A program made the translations under genes and the position numbers. A model generated the notes under the pieces. It made no database searches and was not told the origin of the DNA. It worked only from the letters and a program-made list of their open reading frames with translations. From an uncultured Candidatus Poseidoniales archaeon (GTDB taxonomy: Archaea; Thermoplasmatota; Poseidoniia; Poseidoniales; Thalassarchaeaceae), in assembly GCA_964392975.1 (NCBI GenBank), contig CAYMRU010000001.1:1-62424 (forward strand): a stretch of 62,424 nt of DNA. Direction: 5' to 3'. Of this stretch, positions 44,647 through 52,900 are shown in pieces. Each line of letters opens with the position of its first letter. Position 1 is the first letter of the stretch.

Positions 44647-45996
44647 GTGACGATATCGCCTCTGGATTACAGATACGGACGAAACGAGGCTAAGCACATT
44701 TGGTCCAGAGAGGGCCGGCACAGCCGTCAATTGGAGGTCGAAAGGGCTCTGGTCTGGGCTCATTGCCAACTCGGTAAAGTCAGTGCTGAGGATTATGATG
44801 TGATTGCCGATATCGCAGACCCTGGGATTGTTACTGCAGACAGAGTTGATGAAATTGAGAAAGAAACCAAGCATGACATCATGGCTCTCACTAAGGCAAT
44901 GGCTGAGGCTGCCGGTGAGGCTGGATGGTGCATTCACCTAGGTGCGACAAGCAACGATATCGTCGATTCGGCTGTAGCGCTGCAGATCAAGGACAGTATC
45001 AAGTTGCAGAGGGAGGTTTTGAACCTACTAATTTCAACTCTATGTGATATCGCAATCAGAGAGCGCGACACTGTAATGCTTGGTAGAACTCACGGTCAAG
45101 CGGCAGTTCCAATCACTTTTGGCTTGAAAGTGGCTGTATGGGTGGATGAGTTCGCCCGCCATTATGAGAGGCTAGCAGAACTCGAAACTCGCGCCACTAC
45201 TGGTAAGTTCATGGGAGCTGTAGGAACTGGAGCTGCTCAAGGCGATGATGCATTTGAGTTGCAGCGCCTGATTATGCAAGAGCTTGGACTTGGAATACCT
45301 GTAGCAACAACTCAAGTCGTCGGACGAGACCGATATATCGAATGGGTCGGTTGGATGGCAAATGTGGCAACCACTGTAGAGAAGGTGTTGCAAGAGGTTC
45401 GAAATCTTCAGAGAAGTGAGATTGCGGAAGTGGCAGAGGCTTTCGACACCAAGAAACAGGTCGGATCTTCTACTATGGCTCACAAGCGCAATCCAATTAC
45501 TGCTGAGAATGCATCCGGATTGGCAAGAATTGTACGGTCAATGATTGTCCCATCATATGAGAATGCACTTCTATGGCACGAGAGGGACCTTGCTAACTCA
45601 TCTGCTGAGCGATTCACCCTATCTCACTCAATGGTTCTCTTAGATGACATCATGATGAAGACGAATCGTGTTATGGGCAATCTTTCAGTTGATGCTGATA
45701 GAATGCGCGAGAACATCGAGTCCCAGAATGGAATGGTCATGGCAGAGAAAGTCATGCTCGCACTCGTAGAAAAGGGAGTTTCGAGAGAAGAATCGCATGA
45801 GATACTACGTGCAGCATCTATGCAGGCAATCACAGATGGGCACGGATTGCATGAGACATGCTCGCAAAATGAGATTGTAAGTTCACTGTTCGATGATTCA
45901 GAACTCGCTGATTTGTTCGTCCCTGAAAGTCACATCGGACACAGTGGTAAAATCGTCGATGAGGCAGTAGCGAGAGCCCATTCAGTGATTGGTTAG
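44647..45996 (+). CDS. purB: adenylosuccinate lyase
   Basis: ISPLDYRYGR N-terminus and GSSTMAHKRNP signature loop. GTG 44647 was chosen because the track start at 44545 overlaps dph6. Confidence 0.93.
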   Translation: MTISPLDYRYGRNEAKHIWSREGRHSRQLEVERALVWAHCQLGKVSAEDYDVIADIADPGIVTADRVDEIEKETKHDIMALTKAMAEAAGEAGWCIHLGATSNDIVDSAVALQIKDSIKLQREVLNLLISTLCDIAIRERDTVMLGRTHGQAAVPITFGLKVAVWVDEFARHYERLAELETRATTGKFMGAVGTGAAQGDDAFELQRLIMQELGLGIPVATTQVVGRDRYIEWVGWMANVATTVEKVLQEVRNLQRSEIAEVAEAFDTKKQVGSSTMAHKRNPITAENASGLARIVRSMIVPSYENALLWHERDLANSSAERFTLSHSMVLLDDIMMKTNRVMGNLSVDADRMRENIESQNGMVMAEKVMLALVEKGVSREESHEILRAASMQAITDGHGLHETCSQNEIVSSLFDDSELADLFVPESHIGHSGKIVDEAVARAHSVIG

Positions 45997-46223
45997 AATA
46001 TAGCCATCAAGACTAGAAGGATTATCCCTGTCACAGATGCGAACACCCCTAAAAGCATAATCATTGCATGAGGACCATACTGATTAGAGTCTTTCAATGC
46101 GACGTTGAGAAAGCCATCTTCAGAGATACTTCCTATCATTCCGGACTCAGATTCCTCGAAATCGGGTGCATCCCTACGTGGTATTCTCTCTACAGAGTTC
46201 ACGGTGTTGCGAGGTGGGATCAT
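45993..46223 (-). CDS. hypothetical small tail-anchored membrane protein (76 aa)
   Basis: Acidic N-terminal part and a single C-terminal TM helix (MIMLLGVFASVTGIILLVLMAIF). Overlaps the convergent purB stop by 4 nt. Confidence 0.4.
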   Translation of the reverse strand: MIPPRNTVNSVERIPRRDAPDFEESESGMIGSISEDGFLNVALKDSNQYGPHAMIMLLGVFASVTGIILLVLMAIF

Positions 46224-46256
46224 TGTATAGCATTCTCCGTCTTATTAAGGTGCAAT

Positions 46257-46472
46257 CTACTCATTTTCTGAAAATCTGCTCGTAATGAGTCTGTCTAATT
46301 CGCGTAATGAATCTTCATCAGCTCGAGACAGGGCGTCAGGATTCAGTGCCCTGCCGGTGTAATCATCCTCATCCGTAACTGTAGAATTTCCCCCAGACAA
46401 CTGCATTAGTCGTAGGAATAGTAGCAGGGCTGTGATAATCAGTACCGTTGCAATTAGATCTGCATTCTGCAT
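46257..46472 (-). CDS. hypothetical small membrane protein (71 aa): N-terminal TM helix, acidic C-terminal tail
   Basis: Trimmed to ATG 46472, 4 nt after the tiaS stop. TM helix LIATVLIITALLLFLRLM. Confidence 0.4.
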   Translation of the reverse strand: MQNADLIATVLIITALLLFLRLMQLSGGNSTVTDEDDYTGRALNPDALSRADEDSLRELDRLITSRFSENE

Positions 46473-46476
46473 CGAA

Positions 46477-47736
46477 TCATCTTCCTGGCACGCCCAACTC
46501 AAGAGGTCTGGCTAAGTGCCTTCTGTTGGAGGGTGATGGCTCAACCCAATCCTCAATGGTCTCGAAGGAGTCTATGTCATGCGGCGTACTGACCCAATAT
46601 CTGTCTAAGGTACGTCCGCAATTGAGGCATCTGATTGGCATCCTTGAGCCAGAACTACGCATCGTGTTTCCACAACACAATGGGCGTGAAGTTACTCTGG
46701 GAACTGTGTCTGAAACAGATAGTCGTTCGAGATGGACTGATCCATCGGGCGCTTTGAGACCCACCCATGATATTCTGTCTCCGGGACGTAGAGACCTCAG
46801 TAACTTGTTGACTTGCCCGCCCTCATTGAACGCGACCAACTTAATCGCAGTACCACTGATGGTGACCATGATGTTCGAGTGGGCTCCTTTGGTGTGCTTG
46901 GGTGTCGATAACACAGTCCCTGATTGAGTTCCGTTGACATGGTCGTCCGAAAGTTGATTGGTCACATGGATGGCGTATCTGCTTGATAATTCTACATCGC
47001 TTCTTGACTGGAGCCATGAGTGAGCATGCTCAACAGATTGTGCAGAGTCGCCCCGGATGCCATAGAGGACGGGGCAAGGAGTCCTAGGTGCAATCAGGCC
47101 CTTGCCTTTGGTGGGGTCTCGATTGACAAAAGTCCGAGGGTGGTACTTCTCCAATTCGTGAACTGCTTGTGAAGTAATCTTTCGATCAGTTCCAATTCTC
47201 TCCGGTTCCCTCCAGGCAATCAATTCCCACGTCGAGTCTTTCTGAGGTGACCAAGACGCTGCTGCACTGGCTCCGATGGCACCCCACTTGCGATTACCGG
47301 ATAACATAGTCAGCCCCATATTCTCAATCTCTGCAAGACGGGGTTCAAGATCAACAAGGCCCTTGACAGCTTCCTTATACCAATGAAGAGGGGGATCTGA
47401 GGTGCAAATCAGTAGCACAGGAGAAGCGTGCTCCGACCCTTTCGCTGCTAATGAATGTTCAATGAGGAGGTTTTCAAACCACGTCTCACACTCCCGGGCC
47501 AATGTTTCGTAAGATTCTGAATCAAATTCTATAACAGCCGAAAGAGCTCCGTTGCCACGAGTTCTCCTCGGTGCGAATGGCCACAATCGGACCAGTCTTC
47601 TGCTGGTAACAGTCAATCCATCAATTCTTTCGCAAAGGTGCATCAACAGATTGTCGAAGCATTCAGTAGTACAGCCTGCAGAAGGATTGTCTGTGTCGTC
47701 TAGGCCGATGACGACTGAGTCTCTAGACGTCAGAAT
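46477..47736 (-). CDS. tiaS: tRNA(Ile2) 2-agmatinylcytidine synthetase TiaS (5' end uncertain, no canonical start)
   Basis: LVRLWPFAPRRTRGNGA (compare RLNPNIPxKTRGNGA), PCPVLYGIRG, a C-terminal Zn ribbon (CCGN...CLNCG) and SNRRHLARPL. The same open frame upstream of the track start (TTG 47646) encodes VVIGLDDTDNPSAGCTTE, which is the conserved TiaS N-terminal motif. The 5' end is set provisionally at ATT 47736. Confidence 0.8.
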   Translation of the reverse strand: MLTSRDSVVIGLDDTDNPSAGCTTECFDNLLMHLCERIDGLTVTSRRLVRLWPFAPRRTRGNGALSAVIEFDSESYETLARECETWFENLLIEHSLAAKGSEHASPVLLICTSDPPLHWYKEAVKGLVDLEPRLAEIENMGLTMLSGNRKWGAIGASAAASWSPQKDSTWELIAWREPERIGTDRKITSQAVHELEKYHPRTFVNRDPTKGKGLIAPRTPCPVLYGIRGDSAQSVEHAHSWLQSRSDVELSSRYAIHVTNQLSDDHVNGTQSGTVLSTPKHTKGAHSNIMVTISGTAIKLVAFNEGGQVNKLLRSLRPGDRISWVGLKAPDGSVHLERLSVSDTVPRVTSRPLCCGNTMRSSGSRMPIRCLNCGRTLDRYWVSTPHDIDSFETIEDWVEPSPSNRRHLARPLELGVPGR

Positions 47737-48302
47737 ATCTCCTCCATCACTCCGCTCAGCCCAACCTCAGGATTACATAGATAACCCTTGATTCCATATC
47801 TCGAAGCAGCGATCATATCCACCTGTCTATCACCCACCATGAATGAAGATGTGTCATCCGGCCTGTCTGCCCAATCATCTCCATACAGAATATCGAGGCC
47901 TTCCAGACTAGGGTCCGTTGATGCCTTATCGATTAACTGCCTGCCTGCTTCCAGCATGCCTGGGAATGGCTTGCGCGCCCAAGCTCCTTCCCATGGTGCA
48001 TACGGACTATGAAGAATCAAATCGAAGTGAGCATCTTGGTCTAAATCGAGTACCATATCCTGCAGTCGCTTGTGAATAGAAGCCAGATTCTCACTACTCC
48101 ACATTCCCCTTCCAATTGGTGATTGGTTGGTTACTACGCAGACCCTATAGCCGAATCTGCGCAGACTACCTATTGACTCGGCTGAGCCGGGTAGAAGTAC
48201 GACCTCTTCGGGGTTGTTAACGTAATTATGCGAACCAATGTTGATGACACCATCGCGGTCGAGGAATGCAATACTGCCATTCCAGGATACTCCTTCGGGC
48301 AT
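47730..48302 (-). CDS. gmhB: HAD-IIIA phosphatase, GmhB-like (D,D-heptose 1,7-bisphosphate phosphatase / histidinol-phosphatase family)
   Basis: FLDRDGVIN (DxDx nucleophile motif), VVTNQSPIGRG, ARKPFPGM and VGDRQVDMIAA. It lacks the Cys cluster seen in many GmhB proteins. Confidence 0.72.
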   Translation of the reverse strand: MPEGVSWNGSIAFLDRDGVINIGSHNYVNNPEEVVLLPGSAESIGSLRRFGYRVCVVTNQSPIGRGMWSSENLASIHKRLQDMVLDLDQDAHFDLILHSPYAPWEGAWARKPFPGMLEAGRQLIDKASTDPSLEGLDILYGDDWADRPDDTSSFMVGDRQVDMIAASRYGIKGYLCNPEVGLSGVMEEIF

Positions 48303-48363
48303 CTGAGGCAGTGAGAGAGGAGACTTGAGGTCGACATCGTCTCTACAGGGTGCAAGCAGGGTA

Positions 48364-48942
48364 TCACAACCCTTTGTGAGCCTTGATGGCCTCCTTCACA
48401 ATGTGGTTAATGACTAGTTGAATGTCCTCAATCCTCTCCATGGAGCCAGTAGGCGCTACGATAGCAACATCAGCGATTTGAGCGATTAAGCCGCCTTTAG
48501 AGCCATCAATATCACCTGTTACTGCGACTGTGGTGCAACCGTTTTCACTCGCAAATTGCAATCCATTGACTACATTAGATGAGTTTCCTGAGCCACTATA
48601 TGCTACTACTAGGTCACCGGGAGTGAGGAATGTGGAGAGTTGTCCAACGAAAACGTTGCTGTAGTCGGTGTCATTAGCCCATGCAGTCATTGATGCGACA
48701 TTGTCGGTGTGTGAGATGGTCTTGATTGAGAGTTCTTTGGACCAGTCACCAGCACTGTGTGAAGGTGTTGCAGCACTTCCCCCATTGCCGATGAAATGTA
48801 CGCATGCACCCGAATCTCTAGCCTCGCCCACGAGTTGCCAAAATCCCTCCAATGGCCCTCTGGGCAGCGAATCAAGGGCACTCTTGAGATCGGAGATATA
48901 CGAATCTGCGAATCCACCGAAGTCGAACCCCATATCGCTCAT
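48364..48942 (-). CDS. gmhA: SIS-domain sugar isomerase, GmhA-like (sedoheptulose-7-phosphate isomerase)
   Basis: HFIGNGGSAATPSHSAGDW, YSGSGNSSNV and TVAVTG. Trimmed to ATG 48942, because the track start at 48996 would share a CATG with the divergent neighbour. Confidence 0.78.
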   Translation of the reverse strand: MSDMGFDFGGFADSYISDLKSALDSLPRGPLEGFWQLVGEARDSGACVHFIGNGGSAATPSHSAGDWSKELSIKTISHTDNVASMTAWANDTDYSNVFVGQLSTFLTPGDLVVAYSGSGNSSNVVNGLQFASENGCTTVAVTGDIDGSKGGLIAQIADVAIVAPTGSMERIEDIQLVINHIVKEAIKAHKGL

Positions 48943-48994
48943 ATGAGCCCGGGGGAGGGCATCGTATTTACGGGTTAATGGCCCGAAACAGGTC

Positions 48995-49963
48995 ATGGAG
49001 GAGCCATTGGGGGCATTGGTCGGTCACTTAGCTGATACTCTAGGTGTTACTGACTCGGCACTCAAACTCATCATATGTGGGATAGGTGCGATATCACTCG
49101 CCGTAGGATTTCATCGCAAGGAGTTTCCTCAGGCACCATACTTTTCGGCCTTCGGATGGATCTCCATCGGGCTATTCCTTTACCTGCACTCGTACTACTA
49201 CATCGAGATAGAGGATCCGGTGCTGTTTTTGATGACTGTCTCAGCCTTGCCTTTGGGAATTGCTCTGGGTATCTGGGAAGTCAGGAACTGGGATCTCTCC
49301 CCTGAGGCTCTAATCTGGTTTCGAGGATGTGTTGTCTGGGCAGTTATTCCTTACTTCGTGGCGTACAGTGTTCCCAGTCTGAATATTGCGATAGTTTACG
49401 CCACCGCTTGGAATACCGAAGTCATGCTCGAATTCGCAGGCCTCGGAAGCTATCAGATGGGGCCAATGATGGTAGATCTGCACGGAGGGGGTGAGATACC
49501 GCTCTCAGAATGGGATGGTAATCGCTGGATTCTGACTGAGCCTCTTGGAGAGAATGGCTTCTTCGTTCCGTTGGAGCATTCAGATGGCACTCTCGTCAGT
49601 GTCAGTTTCATCTTGGCTTGCTCGGGATTGCAATCTATGATTGTGTTCGTCGGAGCAATCGTAGCCCTGAGAACTGTTGATTGGAAGCGTCGGGCGCGAG
49701 CGCTTCTAATTGCAGTTCCCACAATACACGTACTGAACACATTCCGCAATGCAGGAATAGTCTGGCTTACCGATTCATATCCTGATTGGAGGTTCCTAGG
49801 TACTGAAATGTTTGACTTCGCCCATAGTTACGCTGCCAAGGCTGCCAGCCTGTTCGCCATGTTCCTGATGGCATTGGCTCTGTTCGACCTTTTACCCGAA
49901 CTGCATCGTCATATCATGCGTTTATTGCCTGCCAGAATCAAGCCTGCGAGACCTACAACCTGA
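48995..49963 (+). CDS. archaeosortase (exosortase/archaeosortase family transpeptidase)
   Basis: Polytopic membrane protein. Has the catalytic-Cys motif ILACSGLQSMIVFVG, the Arg motif VLNTFRNAGIVW, and the His region FDFAHSYAAKAASLFAMF. Confidence 0.8.
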   Translation: MEEPLGALVGHLADTLGVTDSALKLIICGIGAISLAVGFHRKEFPQAPYFSAFGWISIGLFLYLHSYYYIEIEDPVLFLMTVSALPLGIALGIWEVRNWDLSPEALIWFRGCVVWAVIPYFVAYSVPSLNIAIVYATAWNTEVMLEFAGLGSYQMGPMMVDLHGGGEIPLSEWDGNRWILTEPLGENGFFVPLEHSDGTLVSVSFILACSGLQSMIVFVGAIVALRTVDWKRRARALLIAVPTIHVLNTFRNAGIVWLTDSYPDWRFLGTEMFDFAHSYAAKAASLFAMFLMALALFDLLPELHRHIMRLLPARIKPARPTT

Positions 49964-52900
49964 CTACCTAGTTCGTAACTTCTCGTACAACTTGCCAGTC
50001 AATCGTGTATCGTGTTCCCAAGCGAATTCCTTCATCACTCTGAGGGCTTCCTTCTCCAAATCGGAATCGCCAACGAAGTCGGTGATTTCTATAGTGCCGT
50101 CTCTGGTATTGGCCTTGAAGGCGGCAATCGGCTCTTCATTGTGGAACACCATGTATGCTGAGCCGAAAGCGAATCTCTCCCTCAGAATGCCCCCGAAGTA
50201 GTGAATTAGATTATCTGAGGGCGGGACTACTAAATCTCGTGTCTTGCGTAGAGAAGAAGAGTCCTCAAGCATCTCCTGCCTGCCCCAGCAGATATCCTGC
50301 AAGTCATCTACAAGGAATCCTTTGATTAGAGTTCCATCCTCTTCGAATTCATGCATCACATCACTAATCTCCTCGGCTGAGAACGGTGACCCTGCAAGTC
50401 TCTCAACTTGCTTGAGTGATACCACAGGGTATTGGCTCACTAACTCCCTGAGATAATCTCGTTTGACTTCCCATAGGTCAGCGTCTTGCAGAGGTGTAAC
50501 GGTCTTGAACCCGCCACGATAGTCCTGAACCAAATGGCCACTGCGAACGAGGGGTGAAATCAGTTTCCTGAATTCAGCCCTCTTCATGGCGTGCCTGTCC
50601 ATGTACACAGTCGGGTCGTTGTGTTCACTGAAGAATTGCAGAATCTCCTCGTCCTCCTCGGATGCGATAATGTTGCGAATAGTGAGCAGTCTTTGGAAAT
50701 GGGCAAATTTTGCCCAGACCTGATGTCCCCTTAGACTGGTTCCCTGATGTAATTGATGGGCTGCGGCCATTGAATGTAAGTCAACTCGGAACATTTCGCA
50801 GCGACCCCTTAGAGCAAAGTCGTCTCTGACTTCTCTCAAATGCTCCAGTGCCATAGTTTCGTTTTCGAATCTGCTGTCTTGATGCATTCTATGCTGATTG
50901 AACAGCATCCTGTATACCTCTCTGCGTGAACGAGGTTCTACCACACCTCCTCTGATGTAGCGTTCTCCATCTCCCATCGAGGAGAATCCCAAATCGTTCA
51001 GGATGTTCTGTATGTTCTCGTCGCAGTCATGCACTGGAACTCCATTGAAGGCATGCAAAACAGATACGTCTACCAGGCGATCCCTGTAATTCTCAAGTAG
51101 CTCGGAGAATGCATCCTTGAACTCATCCAAGTAAGAATGGGGGATATTGATATCTTTAATCTCCAAGTAATCATTGACCACGAACATCAGAATTCGCCCG
51201 ATTGGGTCCACTCCCTTGAAGACCGGATGATACCAACCCTGCTTGAGTATCAGACGAATCTCGTTGATGAATCGGCTGCAAAAAGGATCTGACTGAGAAA
51301 GGATCCTCATCTTCCGATCTTCGGGAATTGGAGAAATTAGAGCCTCAGAGTCATGCTTGGAAGAGTAGTAATCGGTCGGGTCAGGCTGCAGTGCGACTAC
51401 TCTGTGTATTCTTCCATTTTCTTCAAGCTCACGCAGGGTATCAGCCAATTCCTCCACCGGTCGGCTTACGAAGAATCTGAGAGTATGCAGCCTGATAGGA
51501 CCAATTCTACCGATTAGCTCCACAAGAGCGTCTTCAAAGGGCAGCGGCTCGATTACCCCGTGGACTTTGTGGAATATCGCAAGGGAGCGTTTCCGATTAG
51601 GGACCTCTTGATATTGCTTGTAGACAGTCAACTGCCTCTCAAGGTTGTTCATCGCTCCTTTCAGGGTGCGCTGCAGGTGGGCGAATTCTTTGCCCTTGGG
51701 ATACTCTGCAAGCAATTCGGCTCTAGTGATGCCCTGTTCGGGTATCTTATCCAACAGCTTCTGCTCCAATTCGCCCAACCAAGGATCGCTGCGAAGTCCA
51801 GTGAGTATCGGAATCATGCTCTTGAGAGTATACCCTACTCTATTGTGTAAAAGCCTCCCATTCACCACATCAGAGTCATGTTTGATATCCTTCCAGTCTC
51901 TGAATCTGTAGTTTTTGACTCTGTGGAACAACTCGTCCCGCCTCTGAATCAGGATTGAAGAGCGGATGGCTTCGGATGGCTCATCGTGACTCTTGAATGA
52001 CTTGTTGAGCAATAGCGTCTGCAGGGTCCTGTAGTCAACAACATCGATACTTCCGCCAGTGATTCTGTACTCATCCATTCTTAGGATGTATTCCCCTTCG
52101 TCAGTTTGCTTGAAGAAGCCGATTGAGACGAGATTACGCATCTCGAGCTCTTGCAGAACGGATTCCACTTGGGATTGTGGGAAAGGCAGACGGGCACAGA
52201 TGGTATCTGAGGTCTGTGGCCCCTCAGAGCCGAGCATATCTAGCAACTTCAGTCGCAGGCAATCCAACGGATCTGAAAGATTGGTCTGTTTCCATTTGGC
52301 TGGTGTTCCATCAGTGAAATCTACACCTTTTTCAAAATTCAGGCCACCAGTGTACAAGTCCTTGAGGTCATCCATCTCAGCTGCACCTGCTACAGCTAGA
52401 CAACCCAGAGTTCCGTGGACGTCTGCCATTCTGATAGAGAACCACTTGCCGTCTATCTGCTCGTGGCCAGTCTTACGTATCTTGGTAATCAGACCACGCT
52501 CTGCCAGTTCATAGACCCAAGAACGGACTTTCTTCATGTCTATTCCTCTCAATTTGTCATTGTACAAGGGGTTAGTTAGTCCGGGCTCCAAGCCACCGCC
52601 CATATCCATCAGTCTGAGCAGACCATTGGCGTTAGTCGGTACTGAGACCTTTGACTGGTAATACTCTGCCAGTTTGTCCTCGTCCAACTCAGTAGCGAGT
52701 GACCTCGCACCTAGCAGTCGTCGTAGAATCTCGGGATCGACGTCCTTGATTAGATACGCACGGGTCCTTAGAGAGAGTAGGTCCTCAAATGAGGACATGA
52801 ACAGAGTCATGCCCAGAGGAGAGGGCATCTTTACCCTGCGATGCACAATTCTAACATCCTCACTGTCCATCCTAGAGATGAAATCATCTAACTGCCTCAT

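Noticed and set aside
48994-48997. CATG shared by the ORF-track starts of the divergent gmhA-like and archaeosortase genes
   Set aside because: Two divergent genes cannot both initiate from overlapping start codons with no promoter space. ATG 48942 gives a GmhA of normal length and a 52-nt spacer, so the shared start is an ORF-calling artefact.
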